The notes under the pieces are model-generated. The model ran no database searches and was not told the DNA's origin. It worked only from the letters and a program-made list of their open reading frames with translations. This document shows, in pieces, positions 39,364 to 49,612 of a DNA stretch of 64,000 nucleotides. The stretch spans positions 43,153-107,152 of the forward strand of contig JAPYTD010000004.1 in NCBI GenBank assembly GCA_029936315.1, read 5' to 3'. Positions within the stretch are counted from its first letter, which is position 1, and each line of letters starts with the position of its first letter. A program made the translations under genes and the position numbers. This stretch comes from Planctomycetota bacterium. Its GTDB lineage: Bacteria > Planctomycetota > UBA1135 > UBA2386.

Positions 39364-40434
39364 TTAGCGAAGCGCCTCGAGCCATGCTGTGCCGAAGCGC
39401 TCGTCCGGTTCTAGGTAGTGGCCTTCGCTCCATTCGTTGAGTGAGGCGATCAAGACCAGCGGATCGTCGACTGCCGTTGGCGAACGAAAAGCGCGCGCTC
39501 GATGCACGGCCGCGGCGAACAGTTCGGGGTGTTCGCCGGTGATGACGGGCGACCACGGATACTTGTCCGGTCGCTTGTTGCCAAAGTCGGCGCCGCGTGG
39601 GCTCGCATCCCAACCGGGCGCGATCGCCGGCATGTAGGGTAGCCCCGACGTGTCGGCAAACGACTGCCACTCACCTGCGCGCAGTTCGGCGTAGTGGCGA
39701 TAGTCCTGTTCGAACGGGCCCTTCCAGTCCGGCAGCAACACGTAGTGCGTGACGCTGTCGAAGCCGATGTCGCGCACCAGCGGCAGCACGTCCTGGTTGG
39801 GTTCAATCGCTGCGAGGTGCAGGTCTCGGTGGCCGTGGTCTCGCAACCAACGTCTGGCTGCCGAGATGGCTGCGCGTGCACCGGCGATGCCGAGTTCTTG
39901 CACGAAGAACGTCGAGTCGTAGATCGACAGGTAGCTGCGGCCCTCGACGGTGACGTAGTTTTGGCGGTGGAAGTAGTTGTTCGCGAGCATCGCGACGAAC
40001 TGCACGAAGTCGTCCTGATCGCTCGGCACGGCTCGCGAGGGATCGATGACTGGCGCGTCAGTTCGCCTTACGGGCAACACGCGTCGCGGCATGCGGTTGG
40101 CCCACATGCAGGCGAAGGGCAACCGTTCACTGTATGCGGAACCGAGGAAGCCCTGATCGAGGCCCACTTCGAAGACTCGTTTGCCGCGACACCAGAACAC
40201 GCCGAATACAAACGCATCGACGCCGTGCTCGTGCGCCAATGTGATGCGCTTGCCGAACTCGATCGGGTCGCGGTCGTCGTATTCGCCGAGCAGCGGCACC
40301 TTCGGTTGCGCGTGGCCTTCGAATCGCGGTTGGCAATTGCGCACCAGTTCCCACTCGGTGAAGCCCGGATGGAACGCCTCGTCGCGCTCGGCAATGGCAT
40401 GCCAACCGGTGTAAACGTATGCCGCCGTGCGCAT
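39364..40434 (-). CDS. Glycoside hydrolase family 99-like / WbsX-like protein
   Basis: W.LV....P.F.GH.QP..P..G.YD, LA.EHG.DAF, F..MWAN, PGWD.SPR, SLNEWSEG.YLEPD. Confidence 0.85.
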   Translation of the reverse strand: MRTAAYVYTGWHAIAERDEAFHPGFTEWELVRNCQPRFEGHAQPKVPLLGEYDDRDPIEFGKRITLAHEHGVDAFVFGVFWCRGKRVFEVGLDQGFLGSAYSERLPFACMWANRMPRRVLPVRRTDAPVIDPSRAVPSDQDDFVQFVAMLANNYFHRQNYVTVEGRSYLSIYDSTFFVQELGIAGARAAISAARRWLRDHGHRDLHLAAIEPNQDVLPLVRDIGFDSVTHYVLLPDWKGPFEQDYRHYAELRAGEWQSFADTSGLPYMPAIAPGWDASPRGADFGNKRPDKYPWSPVITGEHPELFAAAVHRARAFRSPTAVDDPLVLIASLNEWSEGHYLEPDERFGTAWLEALR

Positions 40435-40816
40435 GGAGCCATGACAGCAGTTGCGCGAACGATGTCGAGAGGTTGTTGGCGGAACCAGTAGGCTGTGCGT
40501 TTTCCTCCATACCTCAAGAACCTGGTGCCGACTGCTGACCTTGCTGCCTTTCGCGCGCTGCTGCCTTGGTGAGATCCGCAGGAGGCCAAGGCCTCTCTGG
40601 AGCGCGCGGCCGAGCGCTACCGCAAGATGCCCGAGGTGCACGATTGGCTGCGGGAGATTGTCGATGACGCCCGCGAGCGCCTGGGAATGCCGCCGGAAGA
40701 CTGGTAGCCGAGCGAATCCCTGATGCCACCGGCCGTGCCATTCCGCCCAAGAGGCTTTGGTCAAAAAAGCTGTGAGACGTGTCCCAGGGCACCTTCGACG
40801 CGACAATAGGCCAACT

Positions 40817-41365
40817 GTGGAACCTCGCGATTTGTTCGAGATCTTGATGCGTGAGCACATCGATTCGGTGCGCGCGTTCTTGTTGGCTTCGCTGCGAGAT
40901 TCGATGACGGTAGAGGACCTCGTACAGGAGACGTTCTTGACGGCCTGGAAGGTTCTTGATCGCTACGACCGGCAGCTTCCGTTTGGTCCGTGGGTGCGCG
41001 GCATAGCCGCCAAGTTGGTGCTGAATCATCGCCGCAAGGTCGGCCGCAATCGCGTGCACTACTGCGATGACGAACTGCTCGGCCGCATCGAAGGCGGCAT
41101 CGGTGCGATCAGCAAGCTCAATGGCGACACGTTTGACGAGAAGATCGACGCGCTGCGAGGTTGTCTTGGTCGGCTGACTGGACCGCAGCGCGATGCGATT
41201 CGTCTGCACTACGAGAACGGATTGCACTGCAAGGAGATCGCCGAACGACTCGGGATTGGATTTGAATCAGTGAAGAAGCACCTGCAGCGCGGCCGAACGC
41301 AGCTGCACCGGTGCCTCTCGTCAAAGATCGAAGCGACCGACCGTCGCTTGGGGAGTGCGCAATGA
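40817..41365 (+). CDS. ECF RNA polymerase sigma factor
   Basis: EDLVQETFLTAW, FGPWVRGIA, region 4 EIAERLGI....VK..L.R.R. Confidence 0.92.
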   Translation: MEPRDLFEILMREHIDSVRAFLLASLRDSMTVEDLVQETFLTAWKVLDRYDRQLPFGPWVRGIAAKLVLNHRRKVGRNRVHYCDDELLGRIEGGIGAISKLNGDTFDEKIDALRGCLGRLTGPQRDAIRLHYENGLHCKEIAERLGIGFESVKKHLQRGRTQLHRCLSSKIEATDRRLGSAQ

Positions 41366-42291
41366 GTAACGAGCACGACAACTCCAATTGTAGCAATTGG
41401 CACGAACTGGACGACACGCTGGCCGATGGCCCGAGCCCCGCTGATGTGCCAGAAGAAGCGCGCGAGTGGCTCGCTGAGCAGCGTGTCATGCACGGCTTGT
41501 TGCGTGCAGTTCATACGGTCGACGCCTCGGCACGCGAAGCGCGGGTTGCCTCGGTGATGGAGAGCATCGACCGGCGCGCAGCTGTTGGTTTCCGTCGTCA
41601 ATGGCTCACGGTCGCGCTGGCGGCGTCGGTCATGGCGACCATCGGAATCTGGTTTGCCTTGCCGTCGTCGTTGCCGACTGCCGAGGCCGCGATGGCGCGC
41701 GCTGTGGACCAACTCGCTCGCAACCTCGATCGTCACTACCACGTGCGTTTGAGCACTGCCGGCCGCAGGCGTTCCGAACGCGTCTACAACGAGTTCGACC
41801 TGATCGCTCGTCCGGGGATGCGCTTCTTGATCGAGGGGCGGTTCAAGTTTGGCAAGCTACGTTTGGCCGGTGGTCGGGTCGGTTGTGACGGCGAGACCAT
41901 CTGGCTAGAAGACAAGAACGGCCGTAACCGCCGTTCGGGTCGACTTGCCGATCGTGGGGAGTTACTCGAAGGCCTCGGCGACATTCTCGACATTGGCTAC
42001 CTCGACCTCCACTCGTTGGTCGAGAAGTTGCCGACCGGGTTCATCATGCGCGTCGTGGATCGCTCGACGGATTCCGAGGGTAGGCAGCAACTACACATCA
42101 AGGCTCGGCGACGTCGCACTGCCGGGGCCATCAAGGTGCGCAACGCCGAGCTGATCGTCGACGAACTGACCGGCATGGTGAAGAGCATCGATGCGGAAGT
42201 CTTCGTGGTCAGTAGTGGATTGCGGCACGTCGTCGTCGAATACCGCGGCCAACCCGAGCCTGGTTCCGTGGACTATTCGCGTCCTTGGTAA
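41362..42291 (+). CDS. Putative anti-sigma factor (single TM, periplasmic domain)
   Basis: ATGA overlap with the ECF sigma; one TM at about aa 85-105. Confidence 0.7.
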   Translation: MSNEHDNSNCSNWHELDDTLADGPSPADVPEEAREWLAEQRVMHGLLRAVHTVDASAREARVASVMESIDRRAAVGFRRQWLTVALAASVMATIGIWFALPSSLPTAEAAMARAVDQLARNLDRHYHVRLSTAGRRRSERVYNEFDLIARPGMRFLIEGRFKFGKLRLAGGRVGCDGETIWLEDKNGRNRRSGRLADRGELLEGLGDILDIGYLDLHSLVEKLPTGFIMRVVDRSTDSEGRQQLHIKARRRRTAGAIKVRNAELIVDELTGMVKSIDAEVFVVSSGLRHVVVEYRGQPEPGSVDYSRPW

Positions 42292-42389
42292 GCACGCTTA
42301 GCTGTCAAGCGGGTGCGGTAACGCGCCATCTCGAGCCAAATACTCGGCGCGCAATAGCAGCACTATTCGTTGCTCTTGCCAGACAGCCC

Positions 42390-42417
42390 GTGACGAGGGG
42401 CCGTGCGTTCCTACAAT
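42390..42417 (+). promoter_or_regulatory. Possible promoter for the 1211-aa gene
   Basis: GTGACG-N16-TACAAT. Confidence 0.3.
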
Positions 42418-42441
42418 CCCGGCCCGCATTGAGCGGACCGC

Positions 42442-45400
42442 ATGACGCAGACGCCCAAAGTACCTGACCAGACTATCCTGCGCGGATTGTTGCAGGAAAC
42501 CGCAACGGATCCGGCGGCGGCAGCGCGCGAACTGTCGCGTGAGCGGGAGCGTTTGCAGGCGGACAGCGATTTGGGCGCTGAGTTGCTCGGTCACGAGCAG
42601 CGCTGGCTCGAAGGGTTTCTCAAGACTGGTTCGGCCGAGTTGCACGCGGACCTGCTTTCAGTTCGTCGCGACTGGTTGGCGTTGCGCATTCGGCATATGG
42701 CGGTGGCCAAGGTCGACCCATCCTTGCTGCTGGACCTCGCCGAGGCACAGGCGATGGCTCGGGTTGCCAAGGAGGCCGAACTCGAAGCGCAGTGCCGAGA
42801 GGCGATCGATCGCGGCGTCGGCACCTTGTCCGAAAAATCGGTGGTCGGCACAGCTGTCGCCGAACGCTTCGCCCTGCTGACGACGGCAATCGAAGAGCTG
42901 GCGATCGAGCAGCAGGTCGAGTTGATGCGTTGCACCGGCAAATTGCTGGGGCGCATGGCGGAAAAAACCGGCTCGCGCCGTTGCCTAAATCTGGGCAAGC
43001 GACTGTTGCGCGCCGCCGATGACCGCGTGCTCGCTGGCCGCCTCGAACGTCGTCTTGGTCGCCGTGGCGTCTCGGTGCTGGAGACGACCAACTTCGTATT
43101 GCTACTCGTTGTGCTCGTCACGTTGGTGATTGAGGCGGTGGTGGACCTGACGCCGACGCAAGCACATGTCTTTCGCTGGGTCGACGCGATCGCGTGCCTG
43201 TTCTTCATCGCCGACTTCATCTTCGAGTTGGCGCTGCATCCTTCCAGGTGGTCGTGGTTCTGGCGGAACGCGCTGACCGATCTGGTTCCGGCCATTCCGT
43301 CGGTGTTGTTCTTGTGGCCGACCGCGGCCATGGGCGCCGCGACCGACAACTTGCTGGTGCTGCGCATGTTGCGCCTGTTGCGGGTGACGTGGGCGGCGCG
43401 CTACGTGCAGGCGTTGCGACCGCTGCTAAGGGCGGCACGGCTGTTGTTGTTCTTGGTGCGCGGCCTCGATGGCCTGGCCTCGCGGTTTGCCCAGATCCTC
43501 AACCGCGAGTTCGTGTTCGTGCCCGCGGCGGCCGAAGTCAATCGCTCGATCGAGGAGGATGACCTGCGCGACGTTCTGCATGCGTCGATGCGTCGCGAGC
43601 ATGAGTTGGTTGAGTTGCTGCAACGCGACGAACGGCGGGCGATGTTGATTGAGCGGGTCTCGGCGGCGCGCGAAGCGATGGGAGTATTGCAGCCCGCCGA
43701 GTTGGCCAACACGGCGCATCAGCCGGGCGCGCGCGATGTCGCGATTGGCGATGCAATCGAGTTTCTGTGGACGTTGCGCACGCAGGATATCGGTCGCTAC
43801 ATAAAGAAAGGCGACGTGGAAGCGCTGGATCGCGTTGTCCGTGTGATGTCGGCGATGCCGGTTCGTTGGTTGCCGTTCGTCAGTCGGCTTGCCGTGCATC
43901 CGCTACCGTCGACTCCAGAAGAGCGCATCGTCGAACTCGGCCGCCGCGTCGCCGATTGGGTCGAATCGTGGCACGGTCGAATGCTGTTCTTTGCAGACCT
44001 GCATGGCATCGTGACGGGGCCGCAGATTCTCGACCGGGTTGCCTCGGCAATCGTCAAAGCGACGCAACGGCCGGCCGTGCGACTGCTGTTGTTCGGCGGA
44101 GTGTTGTTGGGCTTCAACCAGTTGCTGCTCGGTACCTGGTTGGGCGACAAACTTGGGCCGATCCTTGATTCGATTGTCGGGTTGCCGTTGGTGCTGCTGG
44201 GCAGCTTCTGCCTGGTGTTCTTGGCCCTAGGGCATTGGCTTAAGCGGCTCGCCGGGCAGGCGTCGGATACCTACCGCCTGACCAGCGAAGCGCACTTCAT
44301 CTCGCAGTTGGAGCGCGTGCAGTCTCGGTACGAACAGGAAGACATCGACTTCTTGAGCGAGCGCGTGTTCGGCGATCCGACGAACCGACGCCATGCTCGC
44401 GAGATGCTCGTGCAGCAGTTGCGCAGTGCGCGCACCGGCGTGCCATTGGGCAATGACGATGTGCCCAACCACGTGGCGTTGGAGTGCAACCACACGGCGC
44501 TTCTGTATCTGCACTTCTTGGATGGGGCGCCGTTGCACATCAGCGACGTCAAGACCACCGAGCAACTGCTCGCCAACCAATCGCTCGAGAACTTGCGGCG
44601 CGAGTTCTTGCGCATCAGTGGCCGCGAGAAACGGCGGTTGCGCAAGCTCAAACTCGACGACGGCACGCTGCTAAGGGGTCCCTACCTGTGGTTCCGATTC
44701 ATCACGGAGAGCATCGCGGTCGAATCTGCGAAGCGCATTACTGGCTACAACAACTTCTGTGTGCCGCTGGCGCAGCGCGACTACGTGGACTCAGTCGCGC
44801 TTGAGAACATGGAGCGCTGGCTCCGTCGCCGGCGGGATCCGCGCGGCGGCCGTACTTCCAAGGACCGCAAGAAGGACGAGGTCGTCACCGAATACCCGAC
44901 CACGGAGTTTACGGCGCTCGATTTCCTTGGCGGTGATCCAGAGCGCGACCGTCACCTTGCGGCGGTGTTTGGCGAGGATGTGCTCGATGTTGTGCAGTTC
45001 GATCGCCGCACGATGGTGCGCGAGATCTTTGGTACCCGCCCGGTCAATCATCTCCCCAAGCACGAACGCAGCTTCAACCCGCTGCGGTTCTACGAGAAGC
45101 GCTTGTCGCACGGTCGCATCCTGTTGGCGCCGCTGCTGCTCGTGTGGCGTTTCTTCCGCACGATCGGTTGGGTTGTTGGCAAGGTGCGCCTGATCGTGCG
45201 CGAAGTGCTCGACCCCGAGGTTGCCATGCAGCGCCGGGAGATTGGCGAAGCACCGTTCGCTGTGGCGCTACGCAAGATCCATCGCATGAAGGCGCCGGGC
45301 TTGCTCGAGGCCATTCGCATGCGTCTGCGCATCGATCCGGCCTATTCGGGTGCGCCGATCGGTTGGACGCCGGATGCGGCCGAACTACAGGAGCCCGAGA

Positions 45401-46077
45401 TCGAACGTGATCTGCGCTTCCTGCATCTGCGCGAACGTGAGGCCGTTCAAATGCGCGATGACGCCGAGCAGGTGCGGCGTAATGTTGCCGCCTTGCATGC
45501 CATCGTTGGGTGGTTACCGCCGCTACACTTGCAAAGCCAAGGCGAGCCCGACCGTGAACGCCGCCGCGCTGGCGAGTTGGCGGTAACCTGTGCATGGATC
45601 TCCAACAAGGATGATGTGCGCACGTTGATGTCTGCTGAGCGGTGGCGCATCGAAGTGATCCCCGCATTGCTGGATCTCGATAAGAAGCCGTCGTGGACGA
45701 ATCGCTTGTTGGGTGCCGTTGTTGGGGTGTTCGTCAAGCACCCGGTCGACCTCTGGTTCGAACGGCATGGTGGCGAACTGTCGAAGAAGGTGCGCGTCTC
45801 ATTGCGTGCGGGCTATTCGAGTAACTATCGCTTCACTCGCGACGTTGTCGATGCGTGGCACCGCTTGCCAGCCGACGCTACGCCAGCGGATCGGGCTATC
45901 GAAACCTTGCAGCATGTGTATCGACATGGCCCCGCAGTGCGTCGCGATATCCTGGCGCTACGCGCGGTGCAGTCGCTTGCCGTGCTCGATGTTCGCAACT
46001 ACCGCGACCTCGTGTTCCGCATTGGCGACTACGAGAGTGACGGCGAAGATCCCGAACTGGGCAGGGCCCTGCCGTGA
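42442..46077 (+). CDS. Large membrane protein with an ion-transport (voltage-sensor-like S1-S4) module and no pore
   Basis: S1 FVLLLVVLVTLVIE, S2 WVDAIACLFFIADFIFE, S3 DLVPAIP, S4 LRMLRLLR; a second TM hairpin near aa 545-600. Confidence 0.8.
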   Translation: MTQTPKVPDQTILRGLLQETATDPAAAARELSRERERLQADSDLGAELLGHEQRWLEGFLKTGSAELHADLLSVRRDWLALRIRHMAVAKVDPSLLLDLAEAQAMARVAKEAELEAQCREAIDRGVGTLSEKSVVGTAVAERFALLTTAIEELAIEQQVELMRCTGKLLGRMAEKTGSRRCLNLGKRLLRAADDRVLAGRLERRLGRRGVSVLETTNFVLLLVVLVTLVIEAVVDLTPTQAHVFRWVDAIACLFFIADFIFELALHPSRWSWFWRNALTDLVPAIPSVLFLWPTAAMGAATDNLLVLRMLRLLRVTWAARYVQALRPLLRAARLLLFLVRGLDGLASRFAQILNREFVFVPAAAEVNRSIEEDDLRDVLHASMRREHELVELLQRDERRAMLIERVSAAREAMGVLQPAELANTAHQPGARDVAIGDAIEFLWTLRTQDIGRYIKKGDVEALDRVVRVMSAMPVRWLPFVSRLAVHPLPSTPEERIVELGRRVADWVESWHGRMLFFADLHGIVTGPQILDRVASAIVKATQRPAVRLLLFGGVLLGFNQLLLGTWLGDKLGPILDSIVGLPLVLLGSFCLVFLALGHWLKRLAGQASDTYRLTSEAHFISQLERVQSRYEQEDIDFLSERVFGDPTNRRHAREMLVQQLRSARTGVPLGNDDVPNHVALECNHTALLYLHFLDGAPLHISDVKTTEQLLANQSLENLRREFLRISGREKRRLRKLKLDDGTLLRGPYLWFRFITESIAVESAKRITGYNNFCVPLAQRDYVDSVALENMERWLRRRRDPRGGRTSKDRKKDEVVTEYPTTEFTALDFLGGDPERDRHLAAVFGEDVLDVVQFDRRTMVREIFGTRPVNHLPKHERSFNPLRFYEKRLSHGRILLAPLLLVWRFFRTIGWVVGKVRLIVREVLDPEVAMQRREIGEAPFAVALRKIHRMKAPGLLEAIRMRLRIDPAYSGAPIGWTPDAAELQEPEIERDLRFLHLREREAVQMRDDAEQVRRNVAALHAIVGWLPPLHLQSQGEPDRERRRAGELAVTCAWISNKDDVRTLMSAERWRIEVIPALLDLDKKPSWTNRLLGAVVGVFVKHPVDLWFERHGGELSKKVRVSLRAGYSSNYRFTRDVVDAWHRLPADATPADRAIETLQHVYRHGPAVRRDILALRAVQSLAVLDVRNYRDLVFRIGDYESDGEDPELGRALP

Positions 46078-47192
46078 GCGATCGCGATCGCCGCGCCCTG
46101 TTGTGGCTGTGTTGCGCCGGTATCTGCTGGCGGTGGTTCGTTGGGATTCGAGCACCACTGCCGGGAGTCGACGCATGTCGCGACCTCTGGCTTGCCGAGC
46201 AACTGGTAGGCGGCAACTTCACGGCCGTGTTCGATCGAGCCCTCGAACCGCTCTATGCGTTGTTGCTCGCGCCAGCCTTGGCGTTCGGAGCATCGCCGTT
46301 TGCCGCCACCCAAGTGGTCGCCAGCCTGTTGGGCGGCCTCGTCGTCGTGCCAGCAGCATTGGCCGCCGAACGCATGCGTGAAGGCGCAGGCGTCTCAGCA
46401 GCGGCGGTTTCGATGGTTGCGGCGGGGCCGGTTGTGGCCGCTGGTGCGGGAGCCGCGACGGCAATGTTCACGTTGTTGTCCGCGTGTTGCCTTTGGGCGT
46501 TCGCAACCAGGCGCCTGGTCTTGAGTGGGGTGCTGCTGCTGGTCGTTGTCGCGAGCGGTACCGACCAGATCGCTTCGATGCCGCAGGCTACATGGCACGA
46601 GCTGCGCCTCGGGGTTGGGTCTGCCGTGCTATTGATGCCGCTACTGTTGTTGTCCCCGCGGTCGCGCCTATTTGGTCTGCTGGTTGGTGTGCAACTGGTA
46701 CTCGTCGCAATCGCCTGGTTGCTCGATGCGTGGACGAGTTTCTTGCCCTTGTACTCGCCGTTGCTCGCCGTGCTTGTTGGCCTCGGTTTGGCACGGTTGC
46801 CGGTTCGGCTGCGTGATGTGTTGCTCAGCGTCATCGTGGCGATCGAATGCCATGCGGCGTGGACGTTGGGAGAACCCGAGGCTGCCGTCATCGAACGTGT
46901 GTTGCCGCAGTACCTGATTCGTCGTCTGCACGCCGAGGGCGACATCGTGCTCTCGAACCTGCCGCGCGTCCGGTGGTCGGCCGGCCAAAATCCGAGTTCT
47001 GCGACCCATTCCTATGTCGATGCGCTGCGCGATGACAAGGTGGCCAGCATCATCATGACTGCGGGCGAAGCCAAGGATGCTTCGTTGCGCGCCTTGCTGG
47101 CAGCGAAGTTTGAGCGGGCCCCGGTGCCGACGGACATCGCGGAGTTGTTATTGCAGCGCAGCTTGCACGTGTTGCGCAGACGACACCAGTAG
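46074..47192 (+). CDS. Multi-TM membrane protein, possibly GT-C/ArnT-like
   Basis: GTGA overlap with the previous gene; D...DL.LAE.L..G...EPLY.LL early-loop pattern. Confidence 0.55.
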   Translation: MSDRDRRALLWLCCAGICWRWFVGIRAPLPGVDACRDLWLAEQLVGGNFTAVFDRALEPLYALLLAPALAFGASPFAATQVVASLLGGLVVVPAALAAERMREGAGVSAAAVSMVAAGPVVAAGAGAATAMFTLLSACCLWAFATRRLVLSGVLLLVVVASGTDQIASMPQATWHELRLGVGSAVLLMPLLLLSPRSRLFGLLVGVQLVLVAIAWLLDAWTSFLPLYSPLLAVLVGLGLARLPVRLRDVLLSVIVAIECHAAWTLGEPEAAVIERVLPQYLIRRLHAEGDIVLSNLPRVRWSAGQNPSSATHSYVDALRDDKVASIIMTAGEAKDASLRALLAAKFERAPVPTDIAELLLQRSLHVLRRRHQ

Positions 47193-47313
47193 AGGCTTGT
47201 GCGGAGGCGAGACATGGTCGATGCCGGGTGCAGTTGGGGGCGTATCCCCGGCACCCAGATCCCCGTGAACCAGAGCCCCGACCCCAGTCACACACACCCG
47301 CCTTCCTAGGGCG

Positions 47314-48234
47314 CTAGCGTTGGTCACGGCTGACGATGATGACGCCGATCACGATCAGCGCGCCGCCGCCCCACTGGATCGGTTCCAGTTGGTCGCCCTG
47401 AAACGCCCATCCCGCGAATGCGGCGAACAACGGTTGCAGGGCAAACAACAAGGCGAGGTGCGTCGGCGAAATCTTGTGCTGCACCTTCGCCTGTACGCCG
47501 ATTGCGATGCCGGTCGCGAGCGCGCCTAGATAGAAGAAGGACCACAGCAGCGACGCTGTCCAAACGACCGGTCCGCCGTCGACGCTGATGCCGCTGACGA
47601 GCAGTGTGCCAGCGATGGCGATGACGCTGGTGAACGCAAGTTGCCAGAACGTGAACGGTGCGATTGCCAGGCGACTGCCGTAGTGCGAGAGCAGTAGAAT
47701 GTGCGCCGCGAAGCCGATCGCCGAGCCGACCTGTAGCAGGATTCCGCGTATGGTGTTGTGCTGCACGACCTGTGCTTGCAGCGCGTCGGTTGCCGCGGGG
47801 TTTGGGTCGCCACTCAGGCAGAGCACAATGATGCCGGTCAGTCCGAACGCCAGGCCGATCACGGCGAGCTTGCCGATGCGAGCGCCGAAGCAGAAGTGAC
47901 CACCGACGGCGACCAGCAAGACGATCAAGCCGGTGACGAAACCGCCCATCGATGCGGTCGTTTCGCGCACGCCATACATCTGCAGAAAGTACGGCACGGC
48001 CAGGGCCATCCCGGCGAGTAGGCCAGGGCCGAGCGTGCCTCGCCGTTGTTCTCGCGCCGTGCACAGGAAGAACGGCAGCACGCACAGCGCGCCAATGATG
48101 AAGCGTGACGAGACCAGCGCAAACGGCGTCACCGACTCCATCGCGACCTTTGAGACCACGAAACTGCCCGCCCAGATTGCGATCAGGGTCGTCATCAGGG
48201 CGTGCGGAACGAAGGTCTTGCCGGTCGTTGGCAT
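47314..48234 (-). CDS. DMT/EamA family transporter
   Basis: IWAGSFVVSK, SRF.IGAL, two EamA repeats, LQPLFAA..GW. Confidence 0.92.
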   Translation of the reverse strand: MPTTGKTFVPHALMTTLIAIWAGSFVVSKVAMESVTPFALVSSRFIIGALCVLPFFLCTAREQRRGTLGPGLLAGMALAVPYFLQMYGVRETTASMGGFVTGLIVLLVAVGGHFCFGARIGKLAVIGLAFGLTGIIVLCLSGDPNPAATDALQAQVVQHNTIRGILLQVGSAIGFAAHILLLSHYGSRLAIAPFTFWQLAFTSVIAIAGTLLVSGISVDGGPVVWTASLLWSFFYLGALATGIAIGVQAKVQHKISPTHLALLFALQPLFAAFAGWAFQGDQLEPIQWGGGALIVIGVIIVSRDQR

Positions 48235-48335
48235 AGGCGCGAGCACCATAGTGGGGCAGGTGTCTCGGAACACAACTGTCGTGAATGTCGCGGCGACTTC
48301 TGGCTTCCGCGCCGGCAACCCCGTAATCAGCGGCG

Positions 48336-49592
48336 ATGCTCTGGCGCCTCCTCGGACTGCAGGACTCGACGAAAGCAGAACGCTCGGCGACGTTCTGGGT
48401 CGCGGTGATGGCGTTCGCGACCTTGGCCAGCACGTTTGTGTTGCGGCCAATTCGCGGTCAGTTCGGAGTGTCCATGGGTGTTGAAGGCATGCCGGAGCTG
48501 TACAGCCTGACGCTGTTGGCGACGGTCCTGATGGTCGTGCCGTTTTGGAGTTTGGCCAATCGCATGCCGAGCCGGCGGTTCGTGGCCGTTGCCCTACACA
48601 CAGGTGTCGCCGCCTTGCTAGCGGTGGCCCTTGGGCTGTGGTGGGTTGGCGACTACCAATGGCAACAGGATCCGTGGATCGGCAAGTTGTTCTGGGGTGG
48701 CTTCTCGGCGCTCAACGTGGCGTTGCCGGCCTTGGTCTGGATCCACGCCGTCGAACACTTCAGCAAGAACCAGGGCAAACGCCTGTTCGGGTTGCTTTCG
48801 GTTGGCGCCACTCTCGGCGCGATGGTGGGGTCGAAGATCACTTCGATGGCGTCGTCTGAATGGGGTTTGCCCAACTGGACGATGGCGGTCGTTGCGGCGG
48901 CGTTGCTGGGGCTTGCCTACTACGCGTTTCTGAAATCGCGGCGGCCCTGTTCGCAACTCGAGGGTCGCGATACCAGCCAGCAAGTAGCGACCGGTGGCAT
49001 CCTTCAAGGTCTGCGCATTGTCGTGCGCGATCGCCGCGCCATGCAGATCGCGATCTACATGATGCTCGTAGGCTTCGTCGCGACCGCGTTCGAAGCGGGG
49101 CAGACGGAGTTGGTCGGTGCCGAATTGCATCGCGCTTGGGAACAGCAGACGTTCCTCGCGAACGTAGGCGTCTACGGCAATGGCCTCGTGTTGGTGCTGC
49201 AGTTGCTTTGCACGGGTCGCCTGATGACGCGCATGGCGCCGATGGCCCTGTTGTCGTCGTTGCCGGTCGTGTCGATCATCGGCCTCGTGCTATATGCCGT
49301 CGCCCCAACCGCTGGCGTCATCTTTGTCCTGCAAGTCGTGCGCCGCGGCGCCAACTACGCGATCGAGAAACCCGCCCGCGAAGTGCTCTACACGCCGCTC
49401 GATCTCGCGACCAAGCACAAGGTCAAGTTCTTGCTCGACACCTTCGCGCTGCGCCTTGGCGATCTCGCCGGAGCCTTTGCGCAAGTGTGGCTACGCCAAA
49501 TAGGATTGGGCGTCAGCGGCATCGTCACCATCACCATCGCCTTTGCCTTGGTCTGGATCGCAATCGCCTACCTATTAGGCCGAAGAGGTTAG
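48336..49592 (+). CDS. NTP/NDP exchange (Npt/TLC-like) MFS transporter
   Basis: LRPIR, FS..QGKRLFG...GA..G...G, RR..NYA..KPARE.LYTPL....K.K.K..LD...R.GD. Confidence 0.8.
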   Translation: MLWRLLGLQDSTKAERSATFWVAVMAFATLASTFVLRPIRGQFGVSMGVEGMPELYSLTLLATVLMVVPFWSLANRMPSRRFVAVALHTGVAALLAVALGLWWVGDYQWQQDPWIGKLFWGGFSALNVALPALVWIHAVEHFSKNQGKRLFGLLSVGATLGAMVGSKITSMASSEWGLPNWTMAVVAAALLGLAYYAFLKSRRPCSQLEGRDTSQQVATGGILQGLRIVVRDRRAMQIAIYMMLVGFVATAFEAGQTELVGAELHRAWEQQTFLANVGVYGNGLVLVLQLLCTGRLMTRMAPMALLSSLPVVSIIGLVLYAVAPTAGVIFVLQVVRRGANYAIEKPAREVLYTPLDLATKHKVKFLLDTFALRLGDLAGAFAQVWLRQIGLGVSGIVTITIAFALVWIAIAYLLGRRG

Positions 49593-49612
49593 TGCCGTAC
49601 GAGCACTCTTAG
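49580..49612 (-). repeat. Dispersed repeat, copy D (internally deleted)
   Basis: CTAAGAGTGCTCGTACGG-C-ACTAACCTCTTCGG; 18 nt identical to copy E and 14 nt identical to copy A; overlaps both convergent stop codons. Confidence 0.75.
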
